Positions 36,661-45,249 of a stretch of 64,000 nt of DNA are shown here, piece by piece. Below the pieces are notes generated by a model, which did not search any database, was not told the DNA's origin, and saw only the letters and a program-made list of their open reading frames with translations. This DNA comes from Thermoproteota archaeon. GTDB taxonomy: Archaea; Korarchaeota; Korarchaeia; Korarchaeales; Korarchaeaceae. The position numbers and the translations under genes are program-made. The number at the start of each line of letters is the position of its first letter. Within the stretch, counting starts at the first letter, position 1. Location: NCBI GenBank assembly GCA_027491435.1, contig JAOZFG010000004.1:96001-160000 (forward strand). The letters run 5' to 3'.

Positions 36661-37089
36661 TTATGGTTTAGGAGGTGGATAATTAGATGTGTCTTCATAG
36701 AACCATAGGTAAGTCTCCCCGTCACCCACCACGTACCTATCAGCCCCTACAGGTCCAAGAGTCCATCCCATTTTGTTATCCCACTTCCACCACATCCAGT
36801 AATAACTTCCCTCGTTTCTAACCCCCTCTATTGACTCTATGAACACGCCGTATGGATATTGTTTGTACTCCACGTCGGCAACCAACTTGGTAACGTCAAA
36901 CAAAGTGCTTCCAGCTGGCACCTTTGTGTTGTTATGCCAGGTCAGACTGTCTCCCTGCTTAAAACCTATGTTGACGACAACGTAGCCCTTCTCACCCTTT
37001 TCGTAAACGCAGGAAGCCAAGAGAGCAGACGCTCCAACAGCCCAGATCAGTAGGGTCAACATGAGGATCTTAGACAGCCTTTCCCTCAT
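36661..37089 (-). CDS. DUF4430-domain membrane-anchored protein
   Basis: N-terminal TM; GSTLFD, YGVFIESIEG, YWMWW, VGADRY...DGE...W.Y. Confidence 0.8.
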   Translation of the reverse strand: MRERLSKILMLTLLIWAVGASALLASCVYEKGEKGYVVVNIGFKQGDSLTWHNNTKVPAGSTLFDVTKLVADVEYKQYPYGVFIESIEGVRNEGSYYWMWWKWDNKMGWTLGPVGADRYVVGDGETYLWFYEDTSNYPPPKP

Positions 37090-37146
37090 AGGTTGGATTA
37101 TTTATCCAACCTAATAAAAAGGTGTCCTCTACAGGCAACAACGGCT

Positions 37147-37587
37147 TCAGGTGAGAGAGCTCGCTATGACGCCTCCGAAGGCCTTGTACACCAAGATCAG
37201 AATCGACATAACCAGAATTGCCCTATCAATCAATCCACCAGTCCTAAAAGGGCCTCTAACTCTACTCCCTATTAGAAGGAAGTCCACTCCTGCCTTAGTC
37301 ATGGCGTCCAGAGCCAAGTGAGTGGCGTATCCCACGGCCCAGGGAAACCATCCATCACCTAAGAGCTTGTATACCAACGCTGAAGATAACAAGAGGGCCC
37401 ACAGGTTATGTAGGGTCTTCCTGTGGACAATTAAAGGATATTCTCTTAACCAATAATCCAGATCGGGAAAGAGCGCACCTGACAGCGTGAGAAGGGCCCA
37501 CCCCATGACCTCCTCCGGAGTTAGAGACCTGCTGAGCGTATGTGAGATTACTGCTAAAGCAAATGCCACGTGGGTCTCCTTTTTCAT
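37147..37587 (-). CDS. Membrane metal-dependent hydrolase (YdjM-like)
   Basis: TH, GALFPDLD, HRKTLH, GYATHLALDAMT..G. Confidence 0.85.
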   Translation of the reverse strand: MKKETHVAFALAVISHTLSRSLTPEEVMGWALLTLSGALFPDLDYWLREYPLIVHRKTLHNLWALLLSSALVYKLLGDGWFPWAVGYATHLALDAMTKAGVDFLLIGSRVRGPFRTGGLIDRAILVMSILILVYKAFGGVIASSLT

Positions 37588-37893
37588 AGAGCACCGCCCG
37601 TTTAATCGGGCCATCCCCTTTTAAAGTTGTCCAGACGCCCCAGCCTATGAGCAAGTGAAGAACCTGATTGAGCGCAGAAGCCCCTTCAAGTTAGGCGTTA
37701 CCTCCGTGGCTCAGATAAATTTCACGACCACAGCCTATAAAGTCACCAACTCCTTGTTTCCACGTATTAACGCAATTTTGCGTCGACAATCCAGATTGCA
37801 GCAATAAGTCGTCTGTCAACGGCTCCCATAACTCGCCTTGCCGCTGAAATTAGAAAGCTTCTTTAGACCTGTTAGGTGGTAACGGCTCTAGGC

Positions 37894-38409
37894 CTAGTCC
37901 AAACTCCTACCTCTGAGAGGGGAGGGCAAGTACCTTCTATACTGAGCCCTTCTAACTACTTCTACAGCCTTGTCCTCGGGACAACCTTCAACGCACACCA
38001 CTTCACCTAACACATCCCCTTTAACTTCAGCCCTCAGCTTCTTCAGTTCACCCTCGCTCCTACACGCTAACACCTTGGCCACTCTTTCGTTAGACGAAGT
38101 CATCTTCCTGAACCCAACCAGTATTAACACGTCTGGTTCAACGGGCATCACGCACCTAACTAACCTAATTAGGCCGTCAACGTCTTCAGGAACGAATCCG
38201 GTGGACAATATCAGCCTGGACTTAGAATAGTTAAAGGCAACCATGGCCCCTCCCTCTGTAAGCTTTTTTAATTCCCTAGTGAGCTCCACTTTACGGCTCT
38301 GGACCGCAGATGATACCCTATACCCAGAGCTGGCCAGCTTGTTTGCAAGCAACCTGTAAAATTGTTCAGAAGCGCTTCCCAAGAGCGCCAAAGCGAGCAA
38401 CTCAGTCAC
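37894..38409 (-). CDS. MobB-like protein lacking the P-loop
   Basis: KLASSGYRV, GA.V, PDVLILVGFR and KV.ACRSEGEL track MobB (GYRV...DxxLVEGFK); GxxxxGKT is absent. Confidence 0.5.
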   Translation of the reverse strand: MTELLALALLGSASEQFYRLLANKLASSGYRVSSAVQSRKVELTRELKKLTEGGAMVAFNYSKSRLILSTGFVPEDVDGLIRLVRCVMPVEPDVLILVGFRKMTSSNERVAKVLACRSEGELKKLRAEVKGDVLGEVVCVEGCPEDKAVEVVRRAQYRRYLPSPLRGRSLD

Positions 38410-38917
38410 CTCCCAAGACCCCTGTTAGGGCCATTATCACGGCGTGCTCGTAAAAGTCGGTCCTTGTAATGGCCCCCCTAGTTAAATAACCAACGGCACC
38501 CATCCCCCTCTTTATGTCTTGAATCCCCGTAACGCCCTGCATTATGGATCCAAGCTCTTCACCCATCAGCAACCTGTGGACAATTTCTTTTGGGCACTCA
38601 AACCAGCCAGTCATTCCGGTGGCCTGCCTCCCTCCCTTGTCGAGTATGTAAACGTATGCGGCGCAATAGTAATTGCCGAGGATTCCAAAGACCCCTCCCT
38701 CTATGCCGACCGAGTAATCTGCCTTGGTTATGGAGAGGGCCCTCAGCGCCCTGTTCTTAGCCCCCCTTATCACGTCCTCATTGATGGGCTGGGGGGGCAC
38801 GCCGCTCTCCACCTTAACCCCTACCACCTCCACCCCGTCGAAAAACCTGTTAAAAGCTTTTCTTACCGCTACAACCTTAACCGGGTTATCGGAACCCACC
38901 GCTACGAGCAACGGCAT
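38402..38917 (-). CDS. yjjX: Inosine/xanthosine triphosphatase (DUF84)
   Basis: VGSDNPVK, SGVPPQP, GAKNRA, VGIEGG, GAVGYLTRG..TR. Confidence 0.9.
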   Translation of the reverse strand: MPLLVAVGSDNPVKVVAVRKAFNRFFDGVEVVGVKVESGVPPQPINEDVIRGAKNRALRALSITKADYSVGIEGGVFGILGNYYCAAYVYILDKGGRQATGMTGWFECPKEIVHRLLMGEELGSIMQGVTGIQDIKRGMGAVGYLTRGAITRTDFYEHAVIMALTGVLGGD

Positions 38918-38967
38918 CCCTCCGCACAACCTTTTTAGTGATGACGGAAAAATAAAGCGGTGATGAC

Positions 38968-39378
38968 TTGACTGGAATGGACGTTAAAAGCATTATCGGG
39001 GTGATCTCCGGCTACTTTGACAGGCTGGGCTTCAAATACAGAGTTGAAGATGAACTGATAATAACGGTCTGGGAGATCGAGGGCAGGCCTCACGTAGTCT
39101 TGATAGTTGCTACTGAGAAGATGGTCGGGATGAGGTCTAAACTGCTTGAACCTAAGGAGGTTCCGGAGGATCCTAACTTCTTCAAAGAGCTGTTGAAGGC
39201 CCATCACCTAATGTCCAACGTTAGGTACGATATGGACGGTGATGGGAACCTAGGGGTCTCGGCGTCAACCCCAATTGAAGCTTTAAACTTTGAGAGTTTT
39301 AGAATAATTTTTCTGACACTATTATTCGCCATAGAAGAATTTTGGAAAGATATAGCACCTAAATTCGGGTTAAAGTGA
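38968..39378 (+). CDS. YbjN-like / secretion-chaperone-fold hypothetical protein
   Basis: 136-aa acidic alpha/beta ORF with ELLKAH...VRYDMDGDGNL pattern; GGTGA RBS. Confidence 0.55.
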   Translation: MTGMDVKSIIGVISGYFDRLGFKYRVEDELIITVWEIEGRPHVVLIVATEKMVGMRSKLLEPKEVPEDPNFFKELLKAHHLMSNVRYDMDGDGNLGVSASTPIEALNFESFRIIFLTLLFAIEEFWKDIAPKFGLK

Positions 39379-40395
39379 TCACTTCTCTATAATGAACTCG
39401 TCAACCGCTGTGCCGAAATGCCTTCCCTTGGCCTCGGGAAGGTACACAAGCACCCTGTCCCCTGGCTTCAACTCAGTTACCGGGATGGAGCCCTGCTCCC
39501 CCACCAGGGGGACGGTTTCAGCCAGCTGCAGGATTACCCACCCCTCGCTTTCACCTGTTCTCGCCCTAACTAGGGCCATGGGCCTCCTCTCCACCTTGGC
39601 CCTTCCCACGGAGACCGGCCTTCTGCTACCGTCCTTTTTCACGGCTAGAAGCTCTACTCCAGCTTTTACCTCTGAGAGGTAGTAGGTCTTCCCCTTGGGA
39701 GCCATCACGTAGTTGGACACAGCTCCAGCGTTAACCCTGAACTCCCTAGGCGATGTGTAGGGAGATTCTATGTTCTCACTATGAATTAGGAAGAGGAAGG
39801 AGGCAGATCCACCCACAAGCATGCCCTCTCCCCTGTCGAGCAGGGATATGGTGTCTACACAAACCCTCTCACCGGTCCCAACCTCCCTGACCTCGGTTAC
39901 TTCAGCGTAGGTCAGCTCCAAGGGGCTGGCAACCTCTATAAGCTCCTGAAACCTTCCAAGCTCGCCTTCATCCCTTAAATTAACGGCTATTCCCTCTACT
40001 CCTATTTCTAAGACGTCTAGAAGGGATTTAGCCTCATCTAGGTCGTCTGCTAGTGCTATTAAGTTCTTTCCCCCTCCGAGCTTAGCTATGACGTTTTCTA
40101 AGGGAATTATCTTCCAATCAACAGCATTTATAAGCACGGGCTTACTCCTCGCCAGGTTTACTAACCTGTCCTCATCCTCCTTGCCCCTAATTTCGAATAG
40201 GATGAAGTCGCCGCCCTCGTTCGGCCATTTTGAGAGCTTTAAGTCTCCTTGGGGCCCTATAACTTTCAGCCCCAATGACTTCGCCCTCTTCACGCCCTCT
40301 TCGGTTAGAGCTATTAGCTCAATTCCCTGACCGCTTCCGGAAACTAAAACTTCGTCCGGGGTACCTTCCACCAGAATGAAGGCCTTCTTCCTCAT
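39379..40395 (-). CDS. 3-dehydroquinate synthase II (archaeal aroB')
   Basis: DWKIIPLEN, GERVCVDT, GEGMLVG, FRVNAGAV, VGRAKVERRP, GRHFG..VDEFIIEK. Confidence 0.93.
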   Translation of the reverse strand: MRKKAFILVEGTPDEVLVSGSGQGIELIALTEEGVKRAKSLGLKVIGPQGDLKLSKWPNEGGDFILFEIRGKEDEDRLVNLARSKPVLINAVDWKIIPLENVIAKLGGGKNLIALADDLDEAKSLLDVLEIGVEGIAVNLRDEGELGRFQELIEVASPLELTYAEVTEVREVGTGERVCVDTISLLDRGEGMLVGGSASFLFLIHSENIESPYTSPREFRVNAGAVSNYVMAPKGKTYYLSEVKAGVELLAVKKDGSRRPVSVGRAKVERRPMALVRARTGESEGWVILQLAETVPLVGEQGSIPVTELKPGDRVLVYLPEAKGRHFGTAVDEFIIEK

Positions 40396-40484
40396 CTCCC
40401 CCTATGAGGACTCTCCAGATAAAAGCTAGATATACGGGCCCATCTGCACTTATGAGCTATAACGTCACCATCCCGATAGTGTCG

Positions 40485-41315
40485 ATGATAACCCCTAAGA
40501 CCAGGCTCTACTGCTTATTAGGGGGCTCAGTTAGGTATTCAGCGTCTCCAGCCATACACAACGCCTCCTTCTCCTTCTTAGGAGTGGATGCCGTTTACTT
40601 GGCCTTCAGCGTTAGAAATGTGGTTAAAGCAGTTGAGGGGTTAAAGGAACTGGGGGCCGGCGGCTGTAACGTGACTAACCCATTCAAGGAAGAGGTAATC
40701 AAAGCGCTGGACTGGGTTGACGAGAGGTCGTCCCTGTTGAGGGCCGTTAACACCGTAAAGTTAGAAGACGAAGCTATGGGCTATAACACGGATGTCGATG
40801 GAGTACTGCACGTCCTAGATCTCTTAGATTATGAAGGGGAGGAGACCCTAATCCTGGGGGCTGGAGGGGCTGCTAGATCTGCCATCTTGGCCCTGAGCTT
40901 GAAGGGTTGTGAAAAGTTGACCGTGATGTCTAGGAGCAGGGAAAGAGCTGAGAAATCTTTGAGGTTAGCTAGCTCCCTGGGGATAGAAGTTAAACACGAT
41001 AAATGGAATCCCCACATCCTGAAGAGGAGGCAGTATGGGCTGATAATAAACGCTACACCCCTAGGGACCGAGGGGGTGGGGAAACCCTTAGAAATACCCA
41101 CTGGGACAAGGTGTAAGCTCTTCGATATGGTGTACAACCCACCCGAGACTTCTCTGGTTAAAGATGCCAAGAAGAGGGGGTGTAAAGCTCTAGGAGGTGT
41201 TCACATGCTTGTTAGACAGGCTAGTCGTGCAGAGGAGATCTGGCTTTCCCTGAAGCCTGATGAAGGGGTCATGATGAGGGCGGCTCTAAAGTTCCTGGGT
41301 GTTGAGGTTGATTAG
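40485..41315 (+). CDS. aroE: Shikimate dehydrogenase
   Basis: SASPAIHN, NVTNPFK, AVNT, GYNTD, GAGGAAR, NATPLG, DMVYNP; start set at ATG 40485. Confidence 0.92.
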   Translation: MITPKTRLYCLLGGSVRYSASPAIHNASFSFLGVDAVYLAFSVRNVVKAVEGLKELGAGGCNVTNPFKEEVIKALDWVDERSSLLRAVNTVKLEDEAMGYNTDVDGVLHVLDLLDYEGEETLILGAGGAARSAILALSLKGCEKLTVMSRSRERAEKSLRLASSLGIEVKHDKWNPHILKRRQYGLIINATPLGTEGVGKPLEIPTGTRCKLFDMVYNPPETSLVKDAKKRGCKALGGVHMLVRQASRAEEIWLSLKPDEGVMMRAALKFLGVEVD

Positions 41316-42156
41316 GGTTAGGGTTGGAGGGGCTATAACGGTATTGAATGCCATAGTTCCCCTGCTGGGCTCGGCGCTGGGCGTAGACCTATGGGTGGAG
41401 GCCGAAGCTGAAAAGTGCTCGGAGCCTGTAGTACACCCGGAAACACCTCTGACAGTTGAAGCCCTGAGGGAAGCCCTCATAATCTCGAAATCTGAGGGCG
41501 CCAGAGTTAGGGTGAACTCCAGCGTGCCTCAGGGGTGGGGGTTAAAGAGCAGTAGCATAGTGGCCAACGCTGTAATATTAGCTACTTTAGCTCTTTACAC
41601 GGATTTTAGGCTGATAGAAGTGATAAAGGGCACTGTTAGGGCCTCTAGAAGGGCGGGAGTCACCATTACCGGTGCCATGGATGATGCAGCGGCTTCAGCG
41701 TTGGGGGGACTAGTTATGACAGATAACGGGAGAGATGAATTGTTGTTCAGGGCTCCAGTTAAGGAGTTGGGTGTGGCGATACTGCTCCCGGAGAGGTCGA
41801 AGCCCAGGATGACGTCCACAGTAGATCTCTCCAGTTATAATCACTTAAGGAACACTTTGAGATCTTTAGCGAGCTTAATTCCCAAGGATCCGTGGTCAGT
41901 AATGACTGTAAACGGCTTAATCTACTCAAAGCTCCTGGGATACGATGATACTCCAATACATGAGGCCTTAAAGGCGGGAGCTAAGGCGGCGAGCATTTCC
42001 GGAACTGGGCCAGCCGTAGCTGCTATCTGCGATCCGTGCGACGAGGTTGTGGATAGGTGGTCCTCTCTGGGGGAAGTTATCCTAACTAAGGTCAACAATA
42101 GGCCGGCCCACATTGAAAATCGTCCCAGCGAACAAACTGCAGGTTCTCTCCAATAA
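41299..42156 (+). CDS. aroK: Archaeal GHMP-family shikimate kinase
   Basis: GAITVLNAI, GLKSSS, TITGAMDDA, TDN, SGTGP. Confidence 0.9.
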   Translation: MLRLIRVRVGGAITVLNAIVPLLGSALGVDLWVEAEAEKCSEPVVHPETPLTVEALREALIISKSEGARVRVNSSVPQGWGLKSSSIVANAVILATLALYTDFRLIEVIKGTVRASRRAGVTITGAMDDAAASALGGLVMTDNGRDELLFRAPVKELGVAILLPERSKPRMTSTVDLSSYNHLRNTLRSLASLIPKDPWSVMTVNGLIYSKLLGYDDTPIHEALKAGAKAASISGTGPAVAAICDPCDEVVDRWSSLGEVILTKVNNRPAHIENRPSEQTAGSLQ

Positions 42157-43921
42157 ATCCCGGTAGGAGTTTGAAGTAGGAGACCCTGGAGTACCTCTCG
42201 TCACCCAACACGAAAATTCCCCTGTCTTCGCTGGATCTAATAACCCTGCCAAGCGACTGGGCAGCTCTCCTCAGAGCTGGAACCACGTAGGCCAAGTACC
42301 TCCCCTTCCTAATTCCGTAAATTCTCTGATAATACTCCACGTACAGCACGGTCTTGGTGGTCAACCTGTCAAATGGTATGCCCACCATGTAAGCAGCCAC
42401 CAGCTCCTCCCCCGGAAAGTCAGCGCCCTCTGAGAACCTGCCGCCTGCCGGAGCGACGAGCACGCCTTCTCTGCCCTCTTTAGGTAATCTTTTGAACTCC
42501 TCTAGCATTCTCCTGGCGACATCTCCTGGCATATCCCGCCTCTCCTCGAACAGAATTTTACCTCTCTTCCTGGCGAGCTCCCTTATCCCCTCAATGAGTT
42601 CTGATTGAACTCTGTAGCTGGCGGTGAAGATGGCCACGTTCCCCTTTATCTTGAGGAACTCATCGATGGTTCTCAGGTACCTCCTGACCATCCTGTTGCT
42701 GAGGCTCTCCCCCCTCGTCGAAACGCCCCTTATCAGGTAGGTGCTCACCCTCTCAGGATCGGCAATTTGGGGCACCACGAGGGACTCGCAGGACTCCAAT
42801 CCAACAGTTTCGGCGAACCCCTCGATCGGCTCGAGAGTTCCCGACATGAAAATTACGGCGTGGAAGTTCTTCCATATGTCCTTCAGTATTTCAGCAGACC
42901 TCATGTCCCAGACCTCGTACCTGATGCTATCTTCCTTGGAGTACACATATGCCACGCCGTCAATCCCTTCCTTCTTCTTAGCCACCTTGAGGAACTCGTA
43001 TACTGAGTTAGCGTAGGATCTAGGCTCCTTCCCCCTCTTCATCTGATCCCTGTAGACAGTCTGAGCCAACCTGTTCAGCTTGAGCAGGTCAGACTCCTCT
43101 ATCCCTGAGTAGAGCACCATCTTGTGGAAGTCGAAGGTCCCATCAACGTTGACCGCGTTCTCCTTCATGAACTCCATTAATTTCTTGAGCTTTTCAACCA
43201 AACTTCTCCTCCCAAATTTTATAGCCTCATTTATAGCCCTCTCAACGGTTCTAATGGTTATTGACTTACTGTTAAGGTCCATGGCCGCTGATATTATGTT
43301 GTGGGCCTCGTCTACGACGAGGATAGAGTCCTTGAAAGACAATACCCTCCGGATCACCCAGCCCAGGTCAGTCAATATGTAGTTATAGCTTAGGGACACC
43401 ATAGAAGCCCACAGCAGCAGGTCAAGCTGGAGGAAATAGGGACACACCCTCAGGGACTCAGCTAGAGCCAACACCTCAGTAAAGGTCATGGGCTCGCTCG
43501 GTATTGGGGTGCGGCCTTCATTTAGCCTCCTGTAGTAGGGGCACTCCTTTCTGTTTAGCCTACAGAAGGTGGTAACGGCTTCGTAACCCTTAACTCCTCT
43601 ATCCCTGGCTAAGAGGCACATATCCTTCTTTCCCCTGAAGGATAGGCCGAAGAGGCTCAACCCTTTCTTCCGAACAATTATTTTCAGCTCCTCAACAGGT
43701 CTGTCAGTCTCGTTACCCGTTCTCACCGCCCAGATTAAGTTGTGCCCGTCCAACATAGATGGAAGCGTAGCCGACAGGACTACAGGAGTCTTCCCAAATC
43801 CGGTGGGGGCTTGAAGGCAGAAGAAGCCTCCTTCCGAAGCTACCTCCTCTACGGCCTCGATGACCTCTTTCTGGTATGGCCTGGGCTTGTAAGGAAAGTA
43901 CTTAATTCCCTTGACAGGCAT
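42092..43921 (-). CDS. xpd: XPD/Rad3-family Fe-S DNA helicase
   Basis: RPYQ, APTGFGKT, four Fe-S cysteines (DMC, TFC, ECPYY, VCPYF), DEAH, SGTL, SEGADF, QSLGRVIR. Confidence 0.92.
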   Translation of the reverse strand: MPVKGIKYFPYKPRPYQKEVIEAVEEVASEGGFFCLQAPTGFGKTPVVLSATLPSMLDGHNLIWAVRTGNETDRPVEELKIIVRKKGLSLFGLSFRGKKDMCLLARDRGVKGYEAVTTFCRLNRKECPYYRRLNEGRTPIPSEPMTFTEVLALAESLRVCPYFLQLDLLLWASMVSLSYNYILTDLGWVIRRVLSFKDSILVVDEAHNIISAAMDLNSKSITIRTVERAINEAIKFGRRSLVEKLKKLMEFMKENAVNVDGTFDFHKMVLYSGIEESDLLKLNRLAQTVYRDQMKRGKEPRSYANSVYEFLKVAKKKEGIDGVAYVYSKEDSIRYEVWDMRSAEILKDIWKNFHAVIFMSGTLEPIEGFAETVGLESCESLVVPQIADPERVSTYLIRGVSTRGESLSNRMVRRYLRTIDEFLKIKGNVAIFTASYRVQSELIEGIRELARKRGKILFEERRDMPGDVARRMLEEFKRLPKEGREGVLVAPAGGRFSEGADFPGEELVAAYMVGIPFDRLTTKTVLYVEYYQRIYGIRKGRYLAYVVPALRRAAQSLGRVIRSSEDRGIFVLGDERYSRVSYFKLLPGFIGENLQFVRWDDFQCGPAYC

Positions 43922-44008
43922 TCCCACCTTTAAGGGAGCGGTCAAATAAAAAAGGCCGTTCACCCTTAAAAACGCGTCACCCAACTATGGCCGGGGAGTA
44001 GTGAAGAG

Positions 44009-44731
44009 ATGAAGCTCTTCCCCTATGGAGTTTACTTGGACGGTCTGCTGGCTGTGGCTGACCTGCACTTGGGATACGAAGACGCGCTCAGGGAGAGGGG
44101 GATTGAGCTCCCCTACGAGCAATACCCTAGGATAAAGAAGGCCATGCTGAACGCTATAGGGAGGTTCTCTCCGGAGAAGGTTATAATCGTGGGGGACGTC
44201 AAACACGAGTTCGGGACAGCCCTTAATCAGGAGTGGAGGGAGGTCTTGGACCTTATAAGGATCTTAAGGGATCTAGGAGTTGAGCTAGAGGTTGTAAGGG
44301 GCAATCACGATAACTTCCTGATACCAATACTAAGGAAGGTGGGTATAGAGATTAGGGACCCTCACCTGGTAGAAGGAAATCTCATGTTCGTTCACGGGCA
44401 CAAGCCATTCATACCCCCTGATGACGTTGATCTAATAGTAATGGGGCATGAACACCCTGCCATAGCGTTAAGGGATGAACTGGGAGCCGGGCATAAGATG
44501 AAAGCCTTCTTAAGGACTAAATTCATGGATAGGGAACTCCTGGTGCTCCCCGCCCTCTCTCCGCTGGCCCCCGGGACTGACGTCCTACAATCTTATGGGG
44601 GTTTTCTCTCTCCGGTGTTGAGGTCCATTGATCCATCTAAGATACAAGTGCTGGTGGCTGATCACGAGCTTGATCTGGTAGAAGAGCTCGGTCCGCTTAA
44701 TCTGGTTAGGAGAGCGGCCGGGGTGGTTTAA
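44009..44731 (+). CDS. Metallophosphoesterase (Lhr-associated MPE type)
   Basis: ADLHLG, GDVKH, RGNHD, HGH, GHEHP, LPA.S. Confidence 0.9.
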   Translation: MKLFPYGVYLDGLLAVADLHLGYEDALRERGIELPYEQYPRIKKAMLNAIGRFSPEKVIIVGDVKHEFGTALNQEWREVLDLIRILRDLGVELEVVRGNHDNFLIPILRKVGIEIRDPHLVEGNLMFVHGHKPFIPPDDVDLIVMGHEHPAIALRDELGAGHKMKAFLRTKFMDRELLVLPALSPLAPGTDVLQSYGGFLSPVLRSIDPSKIQVLVADHELDLVEELGPLNLVRRAAGVV

Positions 44732-45249
44732 TGAAGTGCGCAATTTTTGACATAGACAACACCTTGTTCGACAGCAGAAGGAGGTTTTACCTTGTGTTAA
44801 GGAAGTACGGGGTCACCTCGCCTTCAGAGGTACCATTAAGCCTGAGGAAGAGGTTCTGGCTGGATTACATGGACCCTTCCCTATTCCATCTGGATAGGCC
44901 CATACCTAGGGCTGTAGAGATGGTCCTAGAGGCCAAGCTTAGAGGGCTGAAGGTGGTGCTCATAACCGGAAGGTATGAGCTGGTCAGGGTTCCCACCGAA
45001 ATACAGCTTAGGTCTGCTGGAATACCGTTCGACGAGCTCTTAATGAGGCCCAACGATAATATGGACAAGGACTATGTGCTGAAGCCTAACTTAGTTAAGA
45101 AGATAGACTGTAAGTTCTCTGAGTACCACGATGACGACCTAGATACCCTGCTGGTCCTCAGGAAGATTTACCCACAAGCTGTGTACTTCCACCACCAGCC
45201 CGATGGGACCTTCACTATACTGGGTGGTTTAGATGATAAGGAGGGCTAG
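44731..45249 (+). CDS. HAD-superfamily phosphatase (PNKP 3'-phosphatase-like)
   Basis: FDIDNTL (motif I), ITGR (II), LLMRP, K (III), HDDD (IV); TAATG overlap with the MPE gene. Confidence 0.8.
   Translation: MKCAIFDIDNTLFDSRRRFYLVLRKYGVTSPSEVPLSLRKRFWLDYMDPSLFHLDRPIPRAVEMVLEAKLRGLKVVLITGRYELVRVPTEIQLRSAGIPFDELLMRPNDNMDKDYVLKPNLVKKIDCKFSEYHDDDLDTLLVLRKIYPQAVYFHHQPDGTFTILGGLDDKEG

Noticed and set aside
37620-37890. 270-bp intergenic stretch as possible ncRNA, riboswitch or pseudogene
   Set aside because: No recognisable structure, box motifs or coding remnant by eye.
38938-38967. Tandem GTGATGAC (C-box-like) motifs
   Set aside because: No properly spaced D boxes; the second copy is explained by the GGTGA RBS of the downstream gene.
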